Positions 1 through 8,056 of a stretch of DNA of 64,000 bases are shown piece by piece (position 1 is the stretch's first letter; the number at the start of each line of letters is the position of its first letter). The translations under genes and the position numbers were made by a program. The notes beneath the pieces were generated by a model. That model ran no database searches. It was not told the DNA's origin and saw nothing but the letters and a program-made list of their open reading frames with translations. The stretch lies in sequence record LT960552.1. The stretch is one strand, 5' to 3'.

Positions 1-4
1 CTAT

Positions 5-77
5 AGATGGATAGACTTCTGGCAGTAAAGATGTTCAGATGGATAGACGTATAGACCTCCATACATCTAGATGGATA
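5..77. repeat. AGATGGATA(GAC) x3 with exact 32-bp period
   Basis: copies start at 5, 37 and 69; extra TAGAC units in between. Confidence 0.8.
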
Positions 78-286
78 TGTGTCTGGACGTTTAGACGGCT
101 AAACCGATTTTAGTCTCGATTTTCCATTAGTTCCCCTTCCGCGTCTAGAAAGTTCTAGGCAGAATCGAAAGTCGTCTTTTCGTGTTGACAGAGCTATATT
201 ATCAAATGGGGTTAATGATTGCAAGGACTTTTTTCAATAAAAATAAATTTGACATCTGATTATATAATGTAGTACTATAGTATCAA

Positions 287-330
287 TCCAGCGAAATGGA
301 CTAACCCTATAGGGTGCCGAGATCCGCCTA
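287..330 (+). ncRNA. two-hairpin element, copy A
   Basis: TCCA-GCGAAA-TGGA cta ACCC-TATA-GGGT; promoter TTGACA 249 / TACTAT 273. Confidence 0.65.
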
Positions 331-367
331 TTAATATATAAAAGCGAATGAGAATCATTACTAATTA

Positions 368-409
368 TAGTTATATTCCCGCACCCTCTAGGGTATCCGA
401 TTTCTCTCG
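368..409 (-). ncRNA. two-hairpin element, copy B (convergent with A)
   Basis: minus strand CGA-GAGAAA-TCG gat ACCC-TAGA-GGGT; minus promoter TTGTAT (442-447) -17- TATTAT (419-424). Confidence 0.55.
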
Positions 410-658
410 TCTGAAATAATAATATCAAAGTACCGAATAGAATACAAGGATTATTTTTGATTTTTATGAAAATAGTTCAAATCGATTTATACGTATAAAG
501 GAAAGGATTTAAAAGGCGTACAAAAAAGCGGGGTGAATGTATAGCAGTACTATAGAAACGCCGTGTAATGGTTCCTATGCATTGTGGTGATATGAATACG
601 CATATAAAGGAAAGAAACTTATATAAGGAAAGTATTTGCAATGAATGAAAGAAAGTAC

Positions 659-686
659 TTGCAAAGGTTTAAGGTTATGATACTAT
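659..686 (+). promoter_or_regulatory. sigma70 early promoter
   Basis: TTGCAA-16-TACTAT with A-rich upstream tract. Confidence 0.6.
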
Positions 687-706
687 CTATTTCGCCAACA
701 AGGAAA

Positions 707-719
707 CGCTCTTTAACAA
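707..719 (+). promoter_or_regulatory. boxA antitermination element (NusB/NusE site)
   Basis: CGCTCTTTAACAA matches the rrn/lambdoid boxA consensus, ~20 nt after a promoter. Confidence 0.7.
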
Positions 720-788
720 CTTACCGGATGATTACTTGATAGTGATTCTTTACTTTAGAAATAAAGAAAAAGAAAAACGATAAAGTAC

Positions 789-816
789 TTGACGGTGAGA
801 TTAGAAAGTGTAGAAT
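789..816 (+). promoter_or_regulatory. sigma70 early promoter
   Basis: TTGACG-16-TAGAAT. Confidence 0.65.
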
Positions 817-822
817 GTTGGT

Positions 823-960
823 TATCGAAAGGCGGTCAGGTTCGCCGTATGATAGGTAAGGGTAACAGGGCAGAATACAGTACTGTTACAGAGTAGCCAG
901 AAGTGCTACTACAGCCTTATAAAAAGCTAACTAACAGTTAGTGACCTATTTACCGCCTAA
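823..960 (+). ncRNA. candidate structured cloverleaf-like RNA
   Basis: nested helices 830-836/952-958 and 852-857/944-949; hairpins 839-846 (UUCG), 862-889, 892-910, 927-941; no ORF. Confidence 0.5.
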
Positions 961-1082
961 CGATATAACGAAAAAAGTTTCTAAGAAGTTGAAAAAAGTA
1001 CTTGACTGATAGAAGCAAAACATAGTACGATGTATCCAAGCCAAACGGCTAATATAACCTAAACTTTTAAGAGGAATTACAA

Positions 1083-1736
1083 ATGACTACTACTAACACT
1101 GCAAAAGTATCTCGTGTAACTTTGAACTCAATCATTTTCGCCACTGCTCCAGTACTGGCTGATGCTGTAGAAGGTGAAACTCACAGTAAAGAAGTACTGG
1201 CACAACACAAAACGGCCTTAGCTGAATTTGTATCAAATCAGGGTAAAGAGTTGGCTGGTTTTATTTTGGGTAAAGTTGAAACGCCTGATTTGATTATCGC
1301 GATTATCAAAGAAGCGGCGAAACAAATTCCAGCAGTACAAAAGCAACTGGCAGATGAAGCGGCAGTAATTGCACTTCAAGCAGAAGAACAGCGTGTTAAA
1401 GATGCTGAAGCGGCTGAATTGAAGCGGAAACAGGATGAAGCAGCATTGCAAGCTGAAAAAGACAAAATGCTTAAATTGTTAACTGACGGCGGTTTAGATT
1501 TGGCAATTGCTCAAACAATGGTAGCGGCTGGCCTTAAAGCAAAAGCTCCAGCTAATTCACCAAAAAACAGTTATGAGCGTGTCGCGGTAACCGTTGACGG
1601 TAAAGGCTACGATGTTCCAGTGCGGGGCAACATGAGCGAAGAATTGAAAGCACTGGTAGCTAAAGATGGCGGGGATCGTGATGCATTTATCGCAAAATAC
1701 CGCAACGAACCAGCCGCACAAGAAGTTACTGAATAA
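1083..1736 (+). CDS. early protein: coiled coil plus possible H-NS-like C-terminal DNA-binding domain
   Basis: strong RBS GAGGA; Ala/Glu/Lys heptad region; C-terminus resembles the H-NS DBD pattern. Confidence 0.85.
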   Translation: MTTTNTAKVSRVTLNSIIFATAPVLADAVEGETHSKEVLAQHKTALAEFVSNQGKELAGFILGKVETPDLIIAIIKEAAKQIPAVQKQLADEAAVIALQAEEQRVKDAEAAELKRKQDEAALQAEKDKMLKLLTDGGLDLAIAQTMVAAGLKAKAPANSPKNSYERVAVTVDGKGYDVPVRGNMSEELKALVAKDGGDRDAFIAKYRNEPAAQEVTE

Positions 1737-1756
1737 TATCTCAGTACTGTAATAAT

Positions 1757-1776
1757 AGGGGGCAAACTAGCCCCCT
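1757..1776 (+). terminator. hairpin terminator
   Basis: TAGGGGGC-aaacta-GCCCCCTA after the stop codon. Confidence 0.6.
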
Positions 1777-1884
1777 AAGCCGTTCTAATAGTATTTTAAT
1801 ACTAACGTGTTATAGTACTATTAGAAACGCTTAAAAGTCTTTATAGAGCGTTTTATCTTATATCTTAAGTAAGGATAAACGCTT

Positions 1885-2154
1885 ATGCAATTAACCCCAA
1901 TATCTAATTTAATTGATAAAAATACTCGCATCGCTAAAACGATGACAGCCATTAGCAGAACAACATCGGTTTTTAATGGTTATCTTGCTTTTGTTGTTAA
2001 TGGTGAATTAGTACAACGTAGGATCTATGACATGGCATATAATAGTTTATATGATTCGTGTATGTATATAGTTCACAAGAAAGTTAATTATGCCGTTAAT
2101 CTTCCCTGTAAGCCTATTAGCGGAGCGTTTAACGCTGAATCACTAAAGGCATAA
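1885..2154 (+). CDS. hypothetical protein
   Basis: ORF with AAGGA RBS, followed by a terminator. Confidence 0.7.
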   Translation: MQLTPISNLIDKNTRIAKTMTAISRTTSVFNGYLAFVVNGELVQRRIYDMAYNSLYDSCMYIVHKKVNYAVNLPCKPISGAFNAESLKA

Positions 2155-2213
2155 GGTAGCATAAAAAGCCCGTTAGAATAGCTCTGATGGGCTTTTTTAT
2201 TTGTTGAAAGTAC

Positions 2214-2241
2214 TTGTATTATAATCTCAGTACTGTATAAT
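2214..2241 (+). promoter_or_regulatory. early promoter, paired-AGTACT family
   Basis: agtacTTGTAT-16-TATAAT; near-identical copies at ~2738 and ~3176, and an inverted copy at 2665-2693. Confidence 0.8.
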
Positions 2242-2272
2242 TCTCTATATCGAAACAACGGGAGTAAATGAA

Positions 2273-2497
2273 ATGAGATTAAGTGAACTGTTAGCGAAGT
2301 TGGAAGCGGTTGCAGTACTGGCAAAAGAATACGGAAACGCTGATCCTGATATTTCTTTTTGGCATGATGAAGTTGAAACCATTGAACATTTAGAAGTTGC
2401 TTTCCCACAAGAATTGGATGATGCAATAATTCCTGTCCAAGTACAATCAAATCGTGAGCGGGGAAACTTTTCATTTCGATTAGTATTACCAGAATAA
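2273..2497 (+). CDS. hypothetical protein
   Basis: ORF, GGGAG RBS, own promoter. Confidence 0.8.
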   Translation: MRLSELLAKLEAVAVLAKEYGNADPDISFWHDEVETIEHLEVAFPQELDDAIIPVQVQSNRERGNFSFRLVLPE

Positions 2498-2506
2498 TCT
2501 TTATAA

Positions 2507-2542
2507 AAGGGGTTGACAATCGTTAACCCTTTATAGTACTAT
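2507..2542 (+). promoter_or_regulatory. fused terminator/promoter cassette
   Basis: hairpin AAGGGGTTGAC-aatc-GTTAACCCTTT contains -35 TTGACA; -10 TACTAT follows. Confidence 0.75.
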
Positions 2543-2550
2543 AATATCAA

Positions 2551-2594
2551 TCCAGAGAAATGGACTAACCCTATAGGGTGCCGAGATCCATCTA
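2551..2594 (+). ncRNA. two-hairpin element, copy C
   Basis: TCCA-GAGAAA-TGGA cta ACCC-TATA-GGGT. Confidence 0.65.
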
Positions 2595-2613
2595 TAGAAA
2601 ATTTAGTACTTAA

Positions 2614-2659
2614 TAGATATAGTTCCGCACCCTCTAGGGTATCCAATTTCTCTTGTATA
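2614..2659 (-). ncRNA. two-hairpin element, copy D (convergent with C)
   Basis: minus CAA-GAGAAA-TTG gat ACCC-TAGA-GGGT; minus promoter TTGTAA (2688-2693) -17- TACAAT (2665-2670). Confidence 0.6.
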
Positions 2660-2798
2660 TAAGTATTGTACAGTACTGAGATTATAATTACAAGGGGTAA
2701 ACAGAAATAAAAATAAAAATTAAAACGAAAAAAGAACTTGTATTATAATCTCAGTACTGTACAATTCTCTATATCGAAACCAGTTAAGGATTAAAGAA

Positions 2799-3185
2799 AT
2801 GGAACGTAACGAGCAATTTAGATTAGTTCTGGAAGTGTTACAAGGTATGGAATCATGTATTGATTCAAATAAAACTTATACATTTATAAATGGTAAATCA
2901 TTTAACTTAAATCAATCGGCTGGTATATGTTGGCATGTTTTAGTACACACACCGAATAGTGAATATTCTGGTATAGGTATGGAATACCTTTCCCCGTTGT
3001 TTAAAAGTATGGGATTGGATTTACATTATCCGGTAGAAATGCAAATAACGAATGATCGAGATGATGCTCGTTGGATTCATTCAATTTCTAAAAATCAATA
3101 TAACCCAATCGGGCAAGAGGGTAAATTGCGTATTAAGTTATTAAAAGATTTGATTAAGTACTACAAAAAAGAACTTGCATTATAA
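2799..3185 (+). CDS. hypothetical protein
   Basis: ORF, AAGGA RBS, own promoter. Confidence 0.8.
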   Translation: MERNEQFRLVLEVLQGMESCIDSNKTYTFINGKSFNLNQSAGICWHVLVHTPNSEYSGIGMEYLSPLFKSMGLDLHYPVEMQITNDRDDARWIHSISKNQYNPIGQEGKLRIKLLKDLIKYYKKELAL

Positions 3186-3230
3186 TCTCAGTACTGTATA
3201 ATTCTCTATATCGAAAACGGGAGAAATGAT

Positions 3231-3686
3231 ATGAATTCAAAACAGTTCCAAGATGCAACAAGAGAAACATTTTTAAAGTACTTTCCTCATGGTCACATAA
3301 GCATTTCTATGTTGGCAATAGGTGGTGGTTGTAATATCTTTTGTGGCTTGATTGGAGACATTAATGATGTAGGTGGTAAGATCCGCATGAATGATCCTGT
3401 AACGGTACGGGCTTATATTCATGATAACTTTTCATTTAATGATGAAAGTACTGAATTGGAAAACGTTGTTATTGAGTTTGATGGTTCGTGGATCTCAGTA
3501 CTACCAGACAATCCGCATCATTATTGTCAATCCCACAAGGTGCCAAGTCGCAAGATTAACGCAGAACCTAAAAAGGCATTAAGTAATTTGGATAAGTACT
3601 TTAAACGATTAAAGGACAGTGTAACAGAGCAAGCAGGATTAAATCGCATTATTCAGCAGGATAAGATCCCCGCGAAATATCTTTAA
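3231..3686 (+). CDS. hypothetical protein
   Basis: ORF, GGGAG RBS, own promoter. Confidence 0.8.
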   Translation: MNSKQFQDATRETFLKYFPHGHISISMLAIGGGCNIFCGLIGDINDVGGKIRMNDPVTVRAYIHDNFSFNDESTELENVVIEFDGSWISVLPDNPHHYCQSHKVPSRKINAEPKKALSNLDKYFKRLKDSVTEQAGLNRIIQQDKIPAKYL

Positions 3687-3744
3687 TTATAACTGTACAT
3701 ATTAACAGTACTTTCTATATTAACTTTTAAATGAGAATATAAAA

Positions 3745-4077
3745 ATGAAATTAAATTCCAAAAACATGATTGTAAAAGCATTTGAATTAAAAACATCAGA
3801 AGATGTTGCATTATTCAAAAAGTCATCTTTTGATATTGGTGATATACTTTACAAGTATGAAGATACTGTATTAGTATTTTATGTCGTAGATAATTTTATA
3901 TATTGTTTTGATGAATCAGAGCCAGAAACTGACATACTCAAAAGCAGTACTAACATGGGTGATATTTTGGTATCATACGGTATTGAGTTGGAATATTTCA
4001 AACAAGATTTTGGCGGTAAAGGTTTGTATCTTGCTGATTTTTGTATTAATGAAGATATATTAGTAGATTTACTATAA
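3745..4077 (+). CDS. hypothetical protein
   Basis: ORF in tandem array. Confidence 0.75.
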   Translation: MKLNSKNMIVKAFELKTSEDVALFKKSSFDIGDILYKYEDTVLVFYVVDNFIYCFDESEPETDILKSSTNMGDILVSYGIELEYFKQDFGGKGLYLADFCINEDILVDLL

Positions 4078-4152
4078 TATATTGTCAAAAGTACTTGCAT
4101 TGTATAAGCGAGTACTTTACAATAAGTTATCGTTAATTGAGAGGATTCGAAT

Positions 4153-4563
4153 ATGTTACATGTTAAAGGTTTTTCTGAGGGTGGTTATTGCTTTATGATT
4201 GGTGATAAGCCTGTTTCTGTTGTTGAAGCATTGCAGAAAAATGGTAAGAAATTTAACAAGAATACATTAAACGCTTTAAATAGAAATAATCTTGCTAATG
4301 AAAGCGATCTTGTGTCATTTGAGTTACAAGTACAATCATTACATAAAGGATTAACACCTGAATATGTAATTCAAATTTTACGCAATGAATATAATATTGA
4401 TTTTAATAATGATTTTCATGAGTTAAGTTCTGCCAGCGTACTGGATTTATTAACAGTATATCATATTGCACAATATCGAGCACCCTCACCATGTAATCGT
4501 GATGGTTCGCCAATGCGTTATTTTTACCAGTACTTAAAACGCTTCATAGAAAAGAAAAAATAA
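4153..4563 (+). CDS. hypothetical protein
   Basis: ORF, GAGGA RBS, own promoter TTGCAT-17-TACAAT. Confidence 0.8.
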   Translation: MLHVKGFSEGGYCFMIGDKPVSVVEALQKNGKKFNKNTLNALNRNNLANESDLVSFELQVQSLHKGLTPEYVIQILRNEYNIDFNNDFHELSSASVLDLLTVYHIAQYRAPSPCNRDGSPMRYFYQYLKRFIEKKK

Positions 4564-4569
4564 TCAAAT

Positions 4570-4605
4570 AAGGGGTTGACTTCGGTTAACCCTTTTTGCT
4601 ATACT
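4570..4605 (+). promoter_or_regulatory. fused terminator/promoter cassette
   Basis: AGGGGTTGAC-TTCG-GTTAACCC-TTTTT then TGc-TATACT. Confidence 0.8.
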
Positions 4606-4613
4606 AATATTAC

Positions 4614-4657
4614 TCCAGAGAAATGGACTAACCTTATAAGGTGTATAAGTGTACCTA
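4614..4657 (+). ncRNA. two-hairpin element, copy E
   Basis: TCCA-GAGAAA-TGGA cta ACCT-TATA-AGGT (compensatory change in hairpin 2). Confidence 0.65.
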
Positions 4658-4751
4658 TAATAAAATAATTAAAATTCATACAAAAAAGTACTTGTATTTT
4701 CTTTTCAGTACTGTATAATTCTTTATATCGAACACAAACGAGGGTTTTTAA

Positions 4752-5174
4752 ATGAGAACATGTAAAGAGTGTGGGAACAATTGCAACGTATTATCTAATG
4801 GTGTTGTCCATCATTACGATGAGGATGATAAAATTGATTATGATCTAGATGGGGATCATGTTGCAATACCTGAATTATCTGATTCTGAAAACAACATGTT
4901 AAATCCAATTCTTCAAAGTACTTTTAATTTTAATGGTGATGTTCCTTGTATTAACTACGCCGCGAATGGTGGAGGTTATGAAACTTACCAGTACTTCATT
5001 TGTGCTGATGGTGGATGTTTAGGAATTGGAACAGTAATTAATGAGTTTCATAAAGTAAACTTTAATGATCCTGATGATAAACAATGGCACATTGTAGGGG
5101 TTGACGTGAATTATGAAAATACTAATCTGATAGATGATCACACAGGGGATTATATACCAGTAGCATATAGTTAA
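4752..5174 (+). CDS. hypothetical protein (N-terminal CxxC)
   Basis: ORF, GAGGG RBS. Confidence 0.8.
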   Translation: MRTCKECGNNCNVLSNGVVHHYDEDDKIDYDLDGDHVAIPELSDSENNMLNPILQSTFNFNGDVPCINYAANGGGYETYQYFICADGGCLGIGTVINEFHKVNFNDPDDKQWHIVGVDVNYENTNLIDDHTGDYIPVAYS

Positions 5175-5212
5175 CACTACAACGGGGATCATTGATCCCC
5201 TTTTGAGGTTAT

Positions 5213-5473
5213 ATGAATTTGTTTTATAGTACTAGAAAATTAGTAGTTTCATTTGATTGTAATTCTGATAAAATACATTGTGTAATATACAGAAAAGGAA
5301 TTCCCCGTTCTGATAACTGGAAAGTACTACAATCCTATACAATCAAACGTAAAGGGTTTAAACAGTTAGATGACCGTACACAAAAGGCATGTTTACGGCA
5401 AGTACTTAAAGCCATGCGTAACCGTATAACGCAAGCCTTACATGTTGCATTAACTACAAAAGATATTTTATAA
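5213..5473 (+). CDS. hypothetical protein
   Basis: ORF, GAGG RBS. Confidence 0.75.
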   Translation: MNLFYSTRKLVVSFDCNSDKIHCVIYRKGIPRSDNWKVLQSYTIKRKGFKQLDDRTQKACLRQVLKAMRNRITQALHVALTTKDIL

Positions 5474-5525
5474 TATAATGAAAAAGTACTGGACAATGCT
5501 CCGGTACTTTGTTATAGTACTTACA

Positions 5526-5570
5526 TCGAAGAGAAATTCGAATAGCCCATAGGGTTCAGGGGTATATCTA
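5526..5570 (+). ncRNA. two-hairpin element, copy F (diverged)
   Basis: TCGAA-GAGAAA-TTCGA at AGCCC-ATA-GGGTT; promoter TGGACA 5490 -17- TATAGT 5513 inside a terminator hairpin. Confidence 0.55.
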
Positions 5571-5659
5571 TTAAAAATAATTAAAATTAAAATGAAAAAG
5601 AACTTGCATTATATTATGGTTATGGTAATATATGTATATCGAAACGGGAGGTTAAAGAA

Positions 5660-5728
5660 ATGAAACTACGTTATCAATGGCTGTTGTTTGCTTTGTTTAT
5701 CCTTATTACCTGCGTAAACTTTGATTAG
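5660..5728 (+). CDS. 22-aa hydrophobic peptide MKLRYQWLLFALFILITCVNFD
   Basis: first ATG after a promoter, GGGAGG RBS; below the ORF-track cutoff. Confidence 0.6.
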   Translation: MKLRYQWLLFALFILITCVNFD

Positions 5729-5738
5729 GGGTTATATT

Positions 5739-6080
5739 ATGATGATTGTAAACTTTGGTGATGATATCAATTTCAATAGTATTAAGCATATTATTGAAAA
5801 TAGTCAATCTGTATCTATTACTTTATGTTCTGGCGATGGTGATGATTTTACGGTGATAGAGCGTGAAAGAAGTAAATTTGCTGGTTTTCATGAGGCTGAT
5901 CTTATTGTTATTAGTACTGTACGGAATGCTAATGGTGATGGTATCTATGTATATCCTGAATACTTCACTATTGAACAGGCAGACACTGCTATTGAAGCCT
6001 TAAAAATAAGGGCGAGTGATACTAACATTAAATCATCTGAATTATCGGATTCATTAACTGATTTATTAGAATCGGAATAA
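5739..6080 (+). CDS. hypothetical protein
   Basis: ORF; start refined to ATG after AGGGG. Confidence 0.75.
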   Translation: MMIVNFGDDINFNSIKHIIENSQSVSITLCSGDGDDFTVIERERSKFAGFHEADLIVISTVRNANGDGIYVYPEYFTIEQADTAIEALKIRASDTNIKSSELSDSLTDLLESE

Positions 6081-6146
6081 CATATTAAAAGTACTTGCAT
6101 TATATTAGCGAGTACTTTATAATGAAGTTATCAAGTGAGGTACACA

Positions 6147-6194
6147 ATGAAATGGTTAATTATAGCAGTACTGATTTACATTATCTTTTTTTAA
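6147..6194 (+). CDS. 15-aa hydrophobic peptide MKWLIIAVLIYIIFF
   Basis: first ATG after a promoter, GAGGT RBS. Confidence 0.55.
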   Translation: MKWLIIAVLIYIIFF

Positions 6195-6213
6195 TCAAGA
6201 GGAAGTATTAAAA

Positions 6214-6423
6214 ATGGCACATAAAGATCGTCGTTACAATGTTAACCCTGAATTTACCGGACACGAATCAGGCAAGAAACAATTTGTTATTCGTTTTTGT
6301 GGTGATTTTGTTTCTTCTCATTCAAAGCGTGATGACGCAGAAAAAGAGATTGCCCGCTGGAAAAGTACTGGAACCGTTCCACATATCGGAAAGCAATGGG
6401 ATAATCTAGTTGAACCTGTTTAA
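6214..6423 (+). CDS. hypothetical protein
   Basis: ORF, GAGGA RBS. Confidence 0.75.
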   Translation: MAHKDRRYNVNPEFTGHESGKKQFVIRFCGDFVSSHSKRDDAEKEIARWKSTGTVPHIGKQWDNLVEPV

Positions 6424-6488
6424 TTAATCAATATTAATAGTACTGGTGAAATATCCAGTACTGTTTTTTTATACAGCATAATATATAA

Positions 6489-6533
6489 TAGATACATTTT
6501 CGCACCCTGTGGGTCAAAGACATTTCGCTGTCT
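6489..6533 (-). ncRNA. two-hairpin element, copy G
   Basis: minus AGACA-GCGAAA-TGTCT ttg ACCC-ACA-GGGT; minus promoter TTGACA (6565-6570) -17- TATTAT (6542-6547). Confidence 0.6.
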
Positions 6534-6658
6534 ATGAAGTAATAATACAGTATTTTGATATACGTGTCAAGGATTAAATTAAAATTAAAACAAAAGAAAG
6601 TACTTGCATTAAGTATGAAGTACTGTATAATCTTTTATATCGAAACGGGAGAATTAAA

Positions 6659-6925
6659 ATGAGTAACGCATTGAAAGCCATGATATCGTTGGTAATTTCA
6701 GTACTGATAACCTTTATAATATTAACTGCGGCGAGAGATGATGTTCTGTGGCGGTTAACCATGTTAGGATATGAAATTGAAGATACATGGTATTCTTTTT
6801 TGACATATGGCCTTAATGGGATATATGCTATATTAATGGTAGGTTGTTTTTATATTTTGTTTTGTTTAATGTTTTATATTACAGGGGGCAGTAATGAGAG
6901 TACAACCAATCCAGCCAATCATTAA
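6659..6925 (+). CDS. small membrane protein
   Basis: two hydrophobic segments; GGGAG RBS. Confidence 0.75.
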   Translation: MSNALKAMISLVISVLITFIILTAARDDVLWRLTMLGYEIEDTWYSFLTYGLNGIYAILMVGCFYILFCLMFYITGGSNESTTNPANH

Positions 6926-7064
6926 GTTAGCGAATAGTACTGTCAAGAATGAATATTCAAAAATTGTTGTTGACATTCCTTGTAGTACTGTGGTATCATT
7001 AGGTTCTTACAAATCGTGTGATTTGTATAATTCAATTTATAAACAATAAAAGGTAAATTTAAAT

Positions 7065-7922
7065 ATGGGTAAGTTCATTAGTTATGGTATTCTCGCGATT
7101 ATTGTATTCGTTGGCTTGGGTGCATTGTTTGGTTCGTGGTACACGGTTGATCAGCAAGATCGTGGGGTAGTACTAACGAATGGTAAAATTACCAGTATTG
7201 CAGAACCTGGTTTGAACTGGAAAATGCCATTTATGGATTCTGTTGTACAAATTCCAGTCACTGGACAAAATAAAAGTTATTCGAATCTAAAAGCATATAG
7301 CCGAGATCAACAACCGGCAGATATGACTATTTCTGTATCATTCTCAGTCCCAGCGGCTAAGGTAGGGGAATTATATAGTACTTTTGGTGATATTGACAAT
7401 CTAACTACTCGTGTTATTGATCGTCAAGTACCACAAGCTGTGGAAAATGTTTTTGGTCAGTTTAATGCGATTTTAGCAGTACAAGATCGTAATAAGTTAG
7501 TTACTAACTTAAACATTGCAATTAAAAAGGCAATGGAAAACTACCCAGTAGTAATTGAGAGTGTACAGGTTGAAAACCTATCATTCAGTCCAGCATATGA
7601 AAAATCAATTGAAGAACGTATGCAAGCAGAGATCGCAGTTACAAAGCGTAAACAGGACTATGAACAGGCTAAAATTTCAGCATCTATCACAGTCGCAAAT
7701 GCACAGGCCGAAGCTGATAGCCAGTTAGCTAAAGCAACGGCAGGAGCACAAGCAACACGCTTACAGGGTGAAGCTGACGCCGCCGCAATTAAGGCGAAGT
7801 CCGAAGCACTAAACAATAATCCACAACTTGTACAGTTGGCGGCGGTGGATAAATGGGATGGTGTACTACCTACTCAAATGGTTCCATCTGCTACAGTGCC
7901 GTTTGTGAATCTAAACAAATAA
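7065..7922 (+). CDS. SPFH/band 7/prohibitin-domain membrane protein
   Basis: N-terminal TM, 'TVDQQDRGVVLTNGK', 'EPGLNWKMPF', AQA/EAE coiled tail. Confidence 0.9.
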   Translation: MGKFISYGILAIIVFVGLGALFGSWYTVDQQDRGVVLTNGKITSIAEPGLNWKMPFMDSVVQIPVTGQNKSYSNLKAYSRDQQPADMTISVSFSVPAAKVGELYSTFGDIDNLTTRVIDRQVPQAVENVFGQFNAILAVQDRNKLVTNLNIAIKKAMENYPVVIESVQVENLSFSPAYEKSIEERMQAEIAVTKRKQDYEQAKISASITVANAQAEADSQLAKATAGAQATRLQGEADAAAIKAKSEALNNNPQLVQLAAVDKWDGVLPTQMVPSATVPFVNLNK

Positions 7923-8056
7923 GTACTATCACAAAAAGCCTCGCATTGTCGAGGCTTTTTATTATCTGAATAATTAAAATTAAAACGTAAAAAGTACTTG
8001 CATTGCATGAGCGAGTACTTTATAATACTTATATCAACCACACAAGAGGCAACAAA

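Noticed and set aside
823-960. Canonical tRNA gene
   Set aside because: No GTTCRA T-loop, no proper anticodon arm or CCA, and wrong stem lengths.
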